Positions 1 to 9,928 of a stretch of 64,000 nt of DNA are shown here, in pieces. Made by a program: the position numbers and the translations under genes. The notes beneath the pieces are model-generated. The model worked only from the letters and a program-made list of their open reading frames with translations, did not search any database and was not told the DNA's origin. The DNA comes from Capsulimonadaceae bacterium (GTDB lineage Bacteria > Armatimonadota > Armatimonadia > Armatimonadales > Capsulimonadaceae), in the NCBI GenBank assembly GCA_965215505.1, contig OZ244065.1, forward strand, positions 4,352,001 to 4,416,000, written 5' to 3'. Each line of letters begins with the position of its first letter. The first letter of the stretch is position 1.

Positions 1-140
1 TGAATGAATTCACTCGCTGAGGGGGACCTGTCCAGGGGACAGAAGACAAGAATAGGAACGAAAGGCAGGCACGCAATTTTATCCCGTTCCGTTGTCCCCT
101 GGACAAATCTGTTGTCAGCGAGTGAATTCATTCACTCGTC
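1..140 (+). repeat. Nested-palindrome dispersed element (REPIN/MITE-like), copy 1, left end cut by the window edge
   Basis: TGAATGAATTCACTCGCT-N6-GACCTGTCCAGGGGACAGAAGA-N45-TTGTCCCCTGGACAAATC-N7-AGCGAGTGAATTCATTCACTCGTC; same architecture at 34324, 39876 and 63715. Confidence 0.9.
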
Positions 141-170
141 CTACGCACCACCGCGACGACCTGCAACCAG

Positions 171-458
171 ATGACCAAAAAGCCGCCGCTCTGGGCCGAC
201 CTGTTGCTGACCTTTTGGGTGATCGTCGTCGCCGTCTTCTACTTCGGCGGCTACTTCCTGCCCGCACAGATCGGCATCTACACGCCGCTCGGGGCCGTAT
301 TCTATGCCCTGATGCTGCTGGTCGCGGCGGGGACGCTGGCCTGGAACTATCTGCACCGGGCCGACGCGAAAAGTAAAAACACGAGAAGCGCCGCGAACCG
401 AGACGGCGCAAAAAATGGCAAAACGAACCGACACAAAGGACACGCGCACGAAGATTAG
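171..458 (+). CDS. Small hypothetical membrane protein (2 TM, basic tail)
   Basis: 95 aa ORF with two hydrophobic segments and GC3-rich codons. Confidence 0.7.
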   Translation: MTKKPPLWADLLLTFWVIVVAVFYFGGYFLPAQIGIYTPLGAVFYALMLLVAAGTLAWNYLHRADAKSKNTRSAANRDGAKNGKTNRHKGHAHED

Positions 459-474
459 AAAGAACCAGATCTCG

Positions 475-1158
475 ATGCGAATGCGAACGATTTTGACACT
501 CGCGGCCCTCGCGCCGCTCTTCCTGGCGCGGGCCGGGGCCGCCGCGGCCACCTATCAGGCCGACGGCGTGGTGCTGCACCAGTGTTCCTGCGCCTATGCC
601 TGCCCGTGCATGTTCGAGAACGGCCCCGACAACTGCGCCCTGGCCGCCGTCTACCATCTGGACAAGGCCGCCTTCGGCGGCGTGGACGTCAGCGGCCTCT
701 CGATGATCTCGATCGACGGGGCCGTGGACGCCCATAAGGGCGCGGCCTGCTGCGCGCCGAGAAACACGGCGCAAACTGCGAAAACGAACGTGCCCGCAGG
801 CGTCGTCTACCTTGATGCCCGTGCGACCCCAGCCCAAAGGTCCGCCCTGCTCGCCCTGCTGCAAGCCCACGGCGAATGGCCCGGCGCGGGCCGGCCCGTC
901 AGGAGCGTGCCGATCCGGTTCACCAAGACCGCGCGCGGCTACAAGACGGTCGTGCCCGGCCTCTTCGAAGGCGAGACGGAGGCTGTCAAAAGCCGCAACG
1001 GGTCGGCCATTCTGGTGGACGGCGTCGGCTTCGTCGAGGGTCCCCGCTGGACCGTCGGCCGCAGCCTCACCAACGACCTGCACGACCCGGCCCTGGGCCT
1101 GAAATGGCACCTGCCGGATACGAACGGCTCGTGGTCGCTGTTCCACTGGGCCTCGTAG
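475..1158 (+). CDS. Secreted DUF1326-like protein (Cys motif, putative metal binding)
   Basis: Signal peptide MRMRTILTLAALAPLFLARAGA; CSCAYACPC motif followed by GGVDVSGL; start moved to ATG 475. Confidence 0.7.
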   Translation: MRMRTILTLAALAPLFLARAGAAAATYQADGVVLHQCSCAYACPCMFENGPDNCALAAVYHLDKAAFGGVDVSGLSMISIDGAVDAHKGAACCAPRNTAQTAKTNVPAGVVYLDARATPAQRSALLALLQAHGEWPGAGRPVRSVPIRFTKTARGYKTVVPGLFEGETEAVKSRNGSAILVDGVGFVEGPRWTVGRSLTNDLHDPALGLKWHLPDTNGSWSLFHWAS

Positions 1159-1185
1159 CCCGGTCCTCCGAGGAGTATTACTTTC

Positions 1186-3399
1186 TTGTCTGTCCAGGTG
1201 AGCGATCCGCGCTATGAGATACTAGAGAACGCCGCCGGCCCCGAGACGCCGCCGTACCAGTTCGCTAAGGCCCGCGACCGGGAGGAGGGGCGCGTCGTCG
1301 TCCTGCAAATGGTGCCCGCGCCCGTCTTCGACCGGGACGCCCGCGCGAGGCAGGAGTTCCAGGCCGCCGTGCGCGAGGCCCAGACCCTCGACCACCCCGG
1401 CATCCTGCGCGTCTTCGGGCAGGGGGTGGCCGAGGGCGGCGACCTGTATGTCGTCCGCGAGCTTCTGCGCGGCATCACGCTCCAGGAGCGCATCCGGCGC
1501 ATCGCCCCTTTCACCCTCGCCGTCGCCGCCGACATCGCCCAGGCCGTCGCCGAGGCCCTCGTCGCCGCCCACCGGGACGGGGTCGCCCACGGCGACCTGC
1601 GGCCCGCCCACGTCCTCCTCAGCCCCGAGGGCCAGATCAAGACCGCCGACTTCGCCTATGGGGCCGTCGTCGCCGCCCGCGCCGACGCATCGGGCCGCAC
1701 GGCCTACCTCGCGCCCGAGCTGACCGGGGGTGCCTCCTCCTGCGCCGGCGACCTCTACGCCCTGGGCGCGATCCTCTACGAGATGCTGACCGGCGTGCCA
1801 CCGCTCGCCGGCACGACCCGCGTCTCCTCCCCCCGTGACGTCAACCCCGGCGTCCCCCAGGCCCTCGACGGCCTTGTGCGGAAGGCTTTGGCCGCCGACC
1901 CGAACGCCCGCTACCGGTCGGCGAGTTCCCTGCTGTCCGACTTGCAGGCCATTCGGGACGCCCTGCGGACCGGCAAGTCGCTGGCCTGGTCGCCCCAGGC
2001 GGAGAAGCCCGGCGACCGGGCCGGGGAGCCGAAGGCCGAAAAGAAGCCCGAGAAGCGCGCCCCCCGCCCGCCCGCCGCCGAAGTCCCGCCGCTCGTCCCG
2101 CGCGAGGAAGCCGCCGCCGTGGCCCCCGCCCCCGTCGGGGCCATCTCCGCCGCCGCGCTCGACCTGGAAGAAGAGGCGCGGGGGGAAGAGGCATGGGAAG
2201 AAGAAACACGACAGGAAAAAAGAAAAGGGGACAAAAGACAACCCATGCGGGAACGACGCGAGCGTGAACCCTCCTCCGCCCTGGGCCGACTGACGGCGGC
2301 CGTGATCGTCCTCTTCGTCCTCGCCATCATCGGCCTGTCCCTCTACTTCGTCAAAGAGTTCGCCGCCGTGCCCGACGACATCCAGGTCCCCAACCTGATC
2401 GGCAAGACCTTTGATGACGCCAAGCGCACGGCGAGCCAGCAGCACTTCACCCTCGTCGAGAGCCAGGCCAGCGACTACAGCGACTCCATGCCGGAGAACC
2501 AGATCTACCGGCAGGACCCGCCCCCCGGCCGCACCATCAAGGCCGAAAAGGAAGTCACCGTCTACCGCAGCCTCGGCCCGCGCCTCCTGACCATCCCTCC
2601 GCTCGTCGGCACGACCCAGGACTACGCCACCCACGCCCTCCAGAACGCCAGTCTGCCCCAGGGGGACATCGCCCAGGAATACAGCGAGCGCGTCGCCGCC
2701 GGCATCGTCACCCGCCAGTCGCCCGAGGCGGGCAGCAAGGTCGCCCGCAATACGGCCGTCAACTTCACCGTCTCCCGAGGCAAACAGCCGCCGGACGCGC
2801 CCGCCGCCGCCGCCGGGGACCCGAACGGGCCGGACAAGGCGGACCTGCACTGGCACGCCGCCGCCCGCGCCGAGTCCTACACCGTCGTGCGCTCCCTCGA
2901 CGGCGACACCAAGACGGTCGCCCGCGGCCTGACCGACACCCACTTCACCGACACCGACCTCAAGCCCGACACGACCTACGCCTACACGGTCAGCGCCGTC
3001 AACGCGGCGGGCCCGTCCGGGCCGAGCGACTCGGTCCTGGTGACCACCCAGGCCAAGCCCGACGTGCCGCTCGTCATGCCCCCGGACGCGGTCGTGACGC
3101 CCGCCCCGGACGCCGGGACGACGCCGGACGCCGGCGGGTCCGCCGTGGTCGGGGGCGACCCCGCCGCACCGAAGACGGGCCGCCTGCGCCAGTTCACCGT
3201 CGAGTTCCGGGTCCCGCGCCGCCCGCGCCACACCCAGAACGTCCAGATAGACCTCCAGGACGTCACCGGGACGAACCTGGTCTATGACGAGAACCAGGAG
3301 CCGGGCGAGAAGATCAGCGTCCCGCTCCAGGGCTTCGGCAACCGGGTCAAGTTCAGCATCCTGATCAACGGGAAACTCGTCAAGCAGCAGACGCTGTAA
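1186..3399 (+). CDS. PknB/PrkC-like Ser/Thr kinase-fold membrane protein with 2 PASTA and 1 FN3 domain; catalytic motifs degenerate
   Basis: LDHPGILRVF, HGDLRPAHVLL, DFA, YLAPE, DLYALG; TM helix; VPNLIGKT and IPPLVG PASTA repeats; DLKPDTTYAYTVSAVN FN3; GAGGAG RBS at 1170. Confidence 0.85.
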   Translation: MSVQVSDPRYEILENAAGPETPPYQFAKARDREEGRVVVLQMVPAPVFDRDARARQEFQAAVREAQTLDHPGILRVFGQGVAEGGDLYVVRELLRGITLQERIRRIAPFTLAVAADIAQAVAEALVAAHRDGVAHGDLRPAHVLLSPEGQIKTADFAYGAVVAARADASGRTAYLAPELTGGASSCAGDLYALGAILYEMLTGVPPLAGTTRVSSPRDVNPGVPQALDGLVRKALAADPNARYRSASSLLSDLQAIRDALRTGKSLAWSPQAEKPGDRAGEPKAEKKPEKRAPRPPAAEVPPLVPREEAAAVAPAPVGAISAAALDLEEEARGEEAWEEETRQEKRKGDKRQPMRERREREPSSALGRLTAAVIVLFVLAIIGLSLYFVKEFAAVPDDIQVPNLIGKTFDDAKRTASQQHFTLVESQASDYSDSMPENQIYRQDPPPGRTIKAEKEVTVYRSLGPRLLTIPPLVGTTQDYATHALQNASLPQGDIAQEYSERVAAGIVTRQSPEAGSKVARNTAVNFTVSRGKQPPDAPAAAAGDPNGPDKADLHWHAAARAESYTVVRSLDGDTKTVARGLTDTHFTDTDLKPDTTYAYTVSAVNAAGPSGPSDSVLVTTQAKPDVPLVMPPDAVVTPAPDAGTTPDAGGSAVVGGDPAAPKTGRLRQFTVEFRVPRRPRHTQNVQIDLQDVTGTNLVYDENQEPGEKISVPLQGFGNRVKFSILINGKLVKQQTL

Positions 3400-3423
3400 G
3401 GGCGCGACTCGTCGCGCCCCTAC
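3399..3423 (-). repeat. GTAG-family REP palindrome
   Basis: Minus strand reads GTAG-GGGCGCGAC-GA-GTCGCGCCC-T; related copies at 14012, 14056 and 37635. Confidence 0.7.
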
Positions 3424-3450
3424 GCGGGCGGCACAACCACGGGGAATGTT

Positions 3451-4149
3451 ATGCCCATCAAGATCGCGCCGTCCATCCTGTCCGCCGACTTTGGCGCTTT
3501 CGCCGAGGCCGTCGAGGAGTTGACGGCGGCCCAGGCCGACTACATCCACATTGACGTTATGGATGGCCATTTCGTGCCGGTCATCACCTTCGGTGCCCAG
3601 CTCGTGCGCGCCCTGCGCCCCGTCACGGCCGTGCCCTTCGACACGCACCTGATGATCGAGCATCCCGAGCAGTACGTCGCCGAGTTTGCCAAGGCCGGCT
3701 CCAACATCGTCACCATCCACCCGGAGACGACCTTCCACCTCAACCGCGTCCTGCACCAGATCAAGGACGCCGGGGCCAAGGCGGGCGTCGCCCTGAACCC
3801 CGCCACCCCCGTCAGCGCCCTCGAATGGGTGCTGGGCGACCTGGACCGCGTCCTGGTGATGACCGTCAACCCCGGCTTCGGCGGGCAGGCCTTCCTGCCC
3901 GAGATGCTGCAAAAGATCCGCGCCCTGTCCGAGCTGCGGGCCGCCCACGGCCTCCGCTTCGAGATCGGCGTGGACGGCGGCGTCAACCCCGACACCGCCC
4001 CGCTCGCCGCCCGCGCCGGGGCCGACACCCTGATCGCCGGCAGCGCCGTGTTCCACCACCCCGAAGGGCTGGCCGACGCCGTCGCCGAGCTGCGCCGGCT
4101 GGCGACCGAGGCCGCCGCGCCCGCCCCCGTCCGGAACGGGGGCCGCTGA
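3451..4149 (+). CDS. rpe: Ribulose-phosphate 3-epimerase
   Basis: IAPSILSADF, HIDVMDGHFVP, DTHLM, MTVNPGFGGQ, VDGG. Confidence 0.97.
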   Translation: MPIKIAPSILSADFGAFAEAVEELTAAQADYIHIDVMDGHFVPVITFGAQLVRALRPVTAVPFDTHLMIEHPEQYVAEFAKAGSNIVTIHPETTFHLNRVLHQIKDAGAKAGVALNPATPVSALEWVLGDLDRVLVMTVNPGFGGQAFLPEMLQKIRALSELRAAHGLRFEIGVDGGVNPDTAPLAARAGADTLIAGSAVFHHPEGLADAVAELRRLATEAAAPAPVRNGGR

Positions 4150-4150
4150 G

Positions 4151-4567
4151 ATGGCCCTCCGCGCCGCCCTCGCCCTCGCCCTGCTCGCCGCCGCCGGCTT
4201 CGGCGTCTGGGAAGTGCGCCGCTGGTTCACGCCCGAGGGCCGCGACTCGATCTCGCACAAGCAGCGGCTCCTGCGGCTCTGGGGCCTGTTCTTCCTGCTT
4301 TCCGTCCTGGGCCTGTGGCTGGGCGGGACCTTCCTGCCCACCCCGCACACGCCCAAGGCGCTCATCGGCTGGGTGCAGTACTGGATGCTGACCGTCTCCG
4401 CCTCCCTGCCCCTGATCCCCCTGGCCCTGCTGGACCGGCGCGAGAACCTGCGGCACCTGGCCGAGTCCAGCCGCCAGCTCGCCGCGCTCCGCCAGTCGCT
4501 CATCCAGGATGCCCTCGCCGCCCGCGCCGGGGGGGACGCCGGAGCGCCCCCAGACACGCCCGCCTGA
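4151..4567 (+). CDS. Hypothetical membrane protein
   Basis: 138 aa with 3 hydrophobic segments; starts 1 nt after the rpe stop. Confidence 0.7.
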   Translation: MALRAALALALLAAAGFGVWEVRRWFTPEGRDSISHKQRLLRLWGLFFLLSVLGLWLGGTFLPTPHTPKALIGWVQYWMLTVSASLPLIPLALLDRRENLRHLAESSRQLAALRQSLIQDALAARAGGDAGAPPDTPA

Positions 4568-4574
4568 CCCAGAC

Positions 4575-4604
4575 ACGCCCGCCCAACCGGCGGGCGTTTG
4601 CTTT
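4575..4604 (+). terminator. Probable intrinsic terminator
   Basis: ACGCCCGCC-CAACC-GGCGGGCGT followed by TTGCTTT. Confidence 0.6.
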
Positions 4605-4644
4605 ACCATAACCGTTTTTGTCATAACCGTTCAAGGAGCTACGC

Positions 4645-5763
4645 ATGCACAAAGAACTGACCGCCCGTGCCGCCGCACGCCTTAAATCCGTCGCCGGGGG
4701 GGCCGCCGCCAAGACCGTCACTGTCGGCCTCGACGCCTTCGTGGACGAGATCATCCGCGTCGTGGACCGGCGCGCGTCCGACACCGAGTTCACCACCATC
4801 GAGCAGATCAGCGAGCTTGGCACCCGCATCATCGGCGCGGCGGGACAGAGTACCAACCTGGAGCTTGTCGTCGAGCGCGTCAAGCTCGGCGGCAATGGAC
4901 CCATCATGGCGAACGCCCTGGCCGCGCTCGGCCCGCAGGTGACCTGCCTCGGGCCGCTGGGCGAGGGCCAGGTCCACCCGGCCTTCGCCGAGATGGCCGA
5001 GCGCGCCACCTTGATCTCGCTCGGCGCTCCCGGCCACACCGATGCCCTGGAGTTTGAAGACGGCAAGGTCATGCTCGGCAAGCTGGAGCCGCTGAATGAT
5101 GTCACCTGGGCGCGCGTCACGGAGCGGGCGGGGGAGGGCGGCCCGGCCCGGCTGTTCGCCCAGGCCGACCTCGTCGCCCTGGTGAACTGGACCATGATCC
5201 CCGCCATGTCCGCGATCTGGGAGGACCTGCTGGCCCTGCTCGCCGCCCAGCCCGTCGCCCCCCGCCGCTTCTTCTTCGACCTGGCCGACCCCGAGAAGCA
5301 CAACGACGCCAAGGTCGCCGCCGCCTGCCGCCTGCTGTCCCGGTTCCAGGAGTTCGGCCCCACCATCCTCGGCCTGAACGAGAAGGAGGCCTTCCGCGTC
5401 GGCGCGGCCCTGGGCTACGAGGGCGGCCACCATGGGCGGACCGAAGTCCGCGCCGTCACCGCCTTCGTCAGCGCCAAACTGCCCGTCGAGGCCGTCGTCG
5501 TCCACCCCCGCGCCTACGCCGTCGTCGGCGCGCACGGCGAGATCACCGCCGACGTGGACGGCCCGTTCATTGAGAACCCCGTCATCTCCACCGGCGCGGG
5601 CGACCACTTCAACGCCGGCTTCTCCCTCGGCAAGCTGCTCGGCCTTGCCGACGACGAGGCCGCCACCGCCGCAGTAGGCACGTCCGGCTACTACGTCCGC
5701 CACGCCGCCAGCCCGACGCTGGCGCAGCTCGCGGAGTTCTTGGAGAGTCAGGCGGCGGGTTAG
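4645..5763 (+). CDS. PfkB/ribokinase-family carbohydrate kinase
   Basis: KLGGNG, GLNEKE and STGAGDHFNAG signatures; AAGGAG RBS. Confidence 0.85.
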   Translation: MHKELTARAAARLKSVAGGAAAKTVTVGLDAFVDEIIRVVDRRASDTEFTTIEQISELGTRIIGAAGQSTNLELVVERVKLGGNGPIMANALAALGPQVTCLGPLGEGQVHPAFAEMAERATLISLGAPGHTDALEFEDGKVMLGKLEPLNDVTWARVTERAGEGGPARLFAQADLVALVNWTMIPAMSAIWEDLLALLAAQPVAPRRFFFDLADPEKHNDAKVAAACRLLSRFQEFGPTILGLNEKEAFRVGAALGYEGGHHGRTEVRAVTAFVSAKLPVEAVVVHPRAYAVVGAHGEITADVDGPFIENPVISTGAGDHFNAGFSLGKLLGLADDEAATAAVGTSGYYVRHAASPTLAQLAEFLESQAAG

Positions 5764-5918
5764 GGAGAACGCCATGGGCCAGAGATAACGCTTGAAAATG
5801 TGCTGTGGATGGAGAAACGCTCCCAGAGGCGTGAGGTGAGCAAGCTCGCTCGGCAATATGGACAGTTCTTGCTGTATAATATGGTAGCCCTCTATGTGCC
5901 TCAAGATTCGGGAGCAAC

Positions 5919-8900
5919 ATGAAAACCTGGAAGCAAGCTGTTCACACTCTGTTCCTGCTCTGCGGCCTTCTGCTCCTCTTCGTGCCTTGTGCCAAAGCCC
6001 AATTGACCGACGATGGCAAAGTGGATGTCGTCCAAGCACACTTCCACTTCACAAATCTCGACGGCAGTGCGATCAGCCACGACGTCTTGACAACTGTTCT
6101 GAAAACGCCCCTGCCAAACGCCTCCACCAGCACGAACTACACGGTGACCTATCTAGATGCGGGCCTCCTCCTGTCCAATTACATGGACCAGAAGCAGAAG
6201 TTCGACAGCGGAAACTACAGCGAATACACGATAGACTTCGACCGCCTCCTCGTGGAAGACTTGAGCGCCTGGCTGGGCTTGTTCGGCATTGAAACCTGGC
6301 TCTCTGCCACCGATGTTTACGACTTCATCGCGAGTCACGGCTCAACCTTCAAGAGTCAACTGACGCAGAATTTAGAAGACAGTAGTCTTGACATCTTCAA
6401 CGCGGTCGGCAATCAATACACCACCACACAGACTGTGACCGAGACTTATGGGGAACTTGGCTCCGACATCTATGGCAAGTTCGGCGCTGCCACCGATGGC
6501 ATTTACGCCCTCTACGACACGCTGGAAGCTTTCCGACAAGTCACCGTCAACAACATGCTGGCGGTCTACATGAGGAACTGTTTCGGCACCGACGATGAGA
6601 GCGATGCCAACGCCTGGCTTGTCGCCGAAGTCGAAGCGGGGAACTCTTTGGTTCGGGACGATCTAGACCGCATTCACCTGGACTGCCGCTATGCCTACGC
6701 GCTGAAGCAGAAGCTGGGCGTGATCCAGCCTGACCTCGACCAATACACGAGTGATGTCAAGGCCCTGCTCGTTGGCGGCGTCAAGATCACCTACACGCCC
6801 GATGCGTATGCGCTGCACGCCCCGGTTCAAGTGAATATGAACGCCTCCGGCTCGACGGGAACATTCGGCAGCAGCATTACCAGCTACCAGTGGACCGTAG
6901 ACGGCTCCCAGGTCAGCACTTCTTCGACCTACACCGGAGCTTACTTTGCGGTCGGGCAGCACACTGTCCAATGCACCGTCACCGACAGCACCGGGACACA
7001 GATCACTGGCAAAGACACCATCAACGTCGGCCCGCCGCCGATTCAAGTCACGAACTTCGACCCCGATCATCTCACCGCGACCGTCACGACCCCGGCGAAC
7101 AGCCTGGTCAACAACCCCAACGGCTGCACCTGGAACTTCGGCGACGGGAGTGCGCCGGTGGTCAGCAGCACCAGCACCCCGGTTCCCCACACCTTCCCCA
7201 GCGGCCAAGTTTACACGGTGACTCTGACGGAAGCGACGTTTGTAGACACTACTGTCACCGGCACAACCAGCGTCAACTTCACCCCAAACCCAACGGATGT
7301 CTACAGCTACGCGCTGACCAACAGCGAAGATTGGGGCATCAGCGGCAGCCCCTACCGCATTCATGGGACATTGACGATCCCTGTGGGAGTGCGCCTGACA
7401 CTGGAACCAGGCGTCGTTCTACAATTTGACAACAGGGCTGGAATTAATGTCTACGGCAAACTCATTTCCAACGGGCAGTCTTCTCCTAAACAGCGCGTCT
7501 ACCTGACTTCTTACCGTGATAACTCGCCTCCTTCCCTGCCTTCACCGGGAACGGATGCCGGGCAGTCCGGCGACTGGCAAGGACTTACGTTCTTCCCAGG
7601 CTCTTTCGGCACATTGACAGCCTGCGTGATTCGTGAGGCCCTTAATGGTGCCGCCGGGGATATACCAGTCATCGCAGGCGCGATTTTTGATCGAAGCCCC
7701 GTTTCCACTAATTCACCGATAGCGTTGACGGTGAGCGGGAACGTGTTCAACGCCAGCGGCCTGAGCATCCTCAACAGCAACAGCCAGGCGGGCAGCCGCG
7801 ACGTGAGCGTGAGTGGCAACAGCTTCGGCAGCGGCAGCAGCGCCACGTTCTCCTACAGCCTGGGCGTACTCACGATGAGCGGCAACACCAGCGGCGACGG
7901 CGTTCCCGTCCCGTTCAACTTGGGCCTTGCAAACTCTTCCAGCCTGTCCTTGTCCGGGGCCAACACCTGGACCCCGCAGCCGGGCGTTCACTTGATCAAC
8001 TACGGCCTATTCGTTATGGCAGGCGCTACACTCAACCTGGGCAGCGGCCTGGTCATCCAGAATTACGTCTATTCCAGCTCCTATGTTGCCGGCGACCTGC
8101 GCGGGCCGACCTCCGGCAGCCCCGCTATCCTGACTGCACTCGGCGATGCCAGCCCCTACGGCGGAACGGACAGCGCGGGCAACTCAGACTGGTCGGGGGT
8201 CGCTTACGCCGCCGGACTGACGGCAAACCTTCAAGGGATTGTCATCCGCCACGCCGGCTATGGGGTTCAAGGGTTGCCGACCATCATCACCGGCGGCACC
8301 TTCGACCGATGCGACCAGGCGATTGGCGTGGACCGCACCTCTACCGACTACTATCAGGGGACGCCGCGCACTATCCCCCTGACCCTCAGCGGCAACACGT
8401 TCCTGAGCAGCCGCGTCTCCACGAACTCGCCGGTAGCGCTGACCGTAAGCGGGAACGTGTTCAGTGGCAGTGGCCTGAGCATCCTCAACAGCAACAGCCA
8501 GGCGGGCAGCCGGGACGTGAGCGTGAGTGGCAACAGCTTCGGCAGCGGCAGCAGCGCCACGTTCTCCTACAGCCTGGGCGTACTCACGATGAGCGGCAAC
8601 ACCAGCGGCGACGGCAACCCGGTCCCATTCAACCTGGGCGTCGCAAACTCCTCCGGCCTGTCCCTGTCCAAGATCAATGCCTGGACCCCGCAGCCGGGCG
8701 TTCACTTGATCAACTACGGCCTATTCGTTATGGCAGGCGCTATACTCAACTTGGGTAGCGGTTTGGTCATCCAGAATTATGTCTATTCCAGCTCCTATGT
8801 TGCCGGTGACCTACGCGGGCCGACCTCCGGCAGCCCCGCTATCCTGACTGCACTCGGCGATGCCAGCCCCTACGGCGGAACGGACAGCGCGGGCAACTCC

Positions 8901-9521
8901 GACTGGCCGGGGGTCGCTTACGCCGCCGGACTGACCGCAAACCTCAGTGCCATTACTATTAAACACGCTCTTGTAGGACTGACCGCTGATACTGCTAACC
9001 TGAACAACTGCACCTTCACGCAGAACAGCACTGGTGTTTTAGTCAACAACGGCGGCGGCACCTACCGGAACTGCTCCTTTACGCAGAACCGAATAGCAGT
9101 CCAGAACAACAGCACCAATGTCGTGGATGCGCGGGGCAACTTCTGGGGTGATCCCACCGGCCCCTACAATGCCAAGAGCAATCCGGGTGGCCTGGGCAAT
9201 GCCGTCAGTGATTATGTGTTGTTCGGAACACTATCGCCTGTGCTGACTTCCCTGACGTTTCCCTCCCCGGTCCCCTGCGGCACCGTCCTGACCGCCACCG
9301 TGACACTCAGCAGCGCCGCCCTTTCTGATACCGTCGTCGGCCTGTCCAGCAGCGACCCATCCGTCGTGCGCGTCTCGCAGTCTGTGGTCATCCCGGCGGG
9401 GGCCAGCAGCGCGACGTTCGCGATCAACACGTTCCGCAGCCACACGACCAAGACGGTGACGCTCCGGGCGGCGCTGGACCAAGTAGCCCAAACGAATGAC
9501 CTAACCATCACGGGAAGGTAA
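5919..9521 (+). CDS. Large secreted protein with PKD domains, right-handed beta-helix repeats and a C-terminal Ig-like domain
   Basis: Signal peptide; YQWTVDG and TWNFGDG PKD motifs; Asn/Ser/Gly ladder repeats; DARGNFWGDPTGP; visibly lower GC than flanks; TATAAT at 5875. Confidence 0.8.
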   Translation: MKTWKQAVHTLFLLCGLLLLFVPCAKAQLTDDGKVDVVQAHFHFTNLDGSAISHDVLTTVLKTPLPNASTSTNYTVTYLDAGLLLSNYMDQKQKFDSGNYSEYTIDFDRLLVEDLSAWLGLFGIETWLSATDVYDFIASHGSTFKSQLTQNLEDSSLDIFNAVGNQYTTTQTVTETYGELGSDIYGKFGAATDGIYALYDTLEAFRQVTVNNMLAVYMRNCFGTDDESDANAWLVAEVEAGNSLVRDDLDRIHLDCRYAYALKQKLGVIQPDLDQYTSDVKALLVGGVKITYTPDAYALHAPVQVNMNASGSTGTFGSSITSYQWTVDGSQVSTSSTYTGAYFAVGQHTVQCTVTDSTGTQITGKDTINVGPPPIQVTNFDPDHLTATVTTPANSLVNNPNGCTWNFGDGSAPVVSSTSTPVPHTFPSGQVYTVTLTEATFVDTTVTGTTSVNFTPNPTDVYSYALTNSEDWGISGSPYRIHGTLTIPVGVRLTLEPGVVLQFDNRAGINVYGKLISNGQSSPKQRVYLTSYRDNSPPSLPSPGTDAGQSGDWQGLTFFPGSFGTLTACVIREALNGAAGDIPVIAGAIFDRSPVSTNSPIALTVSGNVFNASGLSILNSNSQAGSRDVSVSGNSFGSGSSATFSYSLGVLTMSGNTSGDGVPVPFNLGLANSSSLSLSGANTWTPQPGVHLINYGLFVMAGATLNLGSGLVIQNYVYSSSYVAGDLRGPTSGSPAILTALGDASPYGGTDSAGNSDWSGVAYAAGLTANLQGIVIRHAGYGVQGLPTIITGGTFDRCDQAIGVDRTSTDYYQGTPRTIPLTLSGNTFLSSRVSTNSPVALTVSGNVFSGSGLSILNSNSQAGSRDVSVSGNSFGSGSSATFSYSLGVLTMSGNTSGDGNPVPFNLGVANSSGLSLSKINAWTPQPGVHLINYGLFVMAGAILNLGSGLVIQNYVYSSSYVAGDLRGPTSGSPAILTALGDASPYGGTDSAGNSDWPGVAYAAGLTANLSAITIKHALVGLTADTANLNNCTFTQNSTGVLVNNGGGTYRNCSFTQNRIAVQNNSTNVVDARGNFWGDPTGPYNAKSNPGGLGNAVSDYVLFGTLSPVLTSLTFPSPVPCGTVLTATVTLSSAALSDTVVGLSSSDPSVVRVSQSVVIPAGASSATFAINTFRSHTTKTVTLRAALDQVAQTNDLTITGR
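7701..8945 (+). repeat. Intragenic ~530 bp near-identical duplication (7701-8231 and 8415-8945)
   Basis: Segment VSTNSP...AAGLTANL occurs twice with a 714 nt period and near-identical DNA. Confidence 0.92.
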
Positions 9522-9605
9522 GAGGGGGTGAGGAACGGGCGGCACGGAGCCAATTGCCAGAGGCACCGCGCCCTGCGCCTGGTTTTCTTGCCGACCTATT
9601 CACTT

Positions 9606-9625
9606 TGCCATAATAGATCAGGAGG
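9606..9625 (+). promoter_or_regulatory. Extended -10 (TGcCATAAT) and AGGAGG RBS ahead of the antitoxin-vapC-rib unit
   Basis: tgccataatagatcaggagg directly upstream of ATG 9635. Confidence 0.5.
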
Positions 9626-9634
9626 CCATCTCTA

Positions 9635-9922
9635 ATGACGATCATGCTGGAACTTGACCCGACCCAGGAGGCCCGACTGCGAGATCAGGCTGAGGCGTTG
9701 GGGCTTGCCCCGGCTGACTTCCTCAAGCGAGTGGCCGGCCTGGATAATCCGCCGGAACCCGCGGAGAATGTCTTCGCGGGTAAGTCTCTGGCTGATGTGC
9801 TGGGCGAGAGCGTCGGGACGGTGGATAGCGCGGAACACTTCGGCGGACAGCCCTCCGACTTGTCCACTCGGACCGGGAAAGCATTCGGGGAGATGTTGCA
9901 CGAAGAACACGCCCGCCAGTAG
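9635..9922 (+). CDS. Putative antitoxin (VapB-like)
   Basis: MTIMLELDPTQEARLRDQAEALG DNA-binding-like N-terminus; directly upstream of a PIN toxin. Confidence 0.7.
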   Translation: MTIMLELDPTQEARLRDQAEALGLAPADFLKRVAGLDNPPEPAENVFAGKSLADVLGESVGTVDSAEHFGGQPSDLSTRTGKAFGEMLHEEHARQ

Positions 9923-9928
9923 AGGAAC

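Noticed and set aside
1222-4557. Very long antisense ORFs (also 22723-25413, 43309-46026, 46351-48282 and many shorter ones)
   Set aside because: Shadow frames of real high-GC genes on the opposite strand; no family motifs
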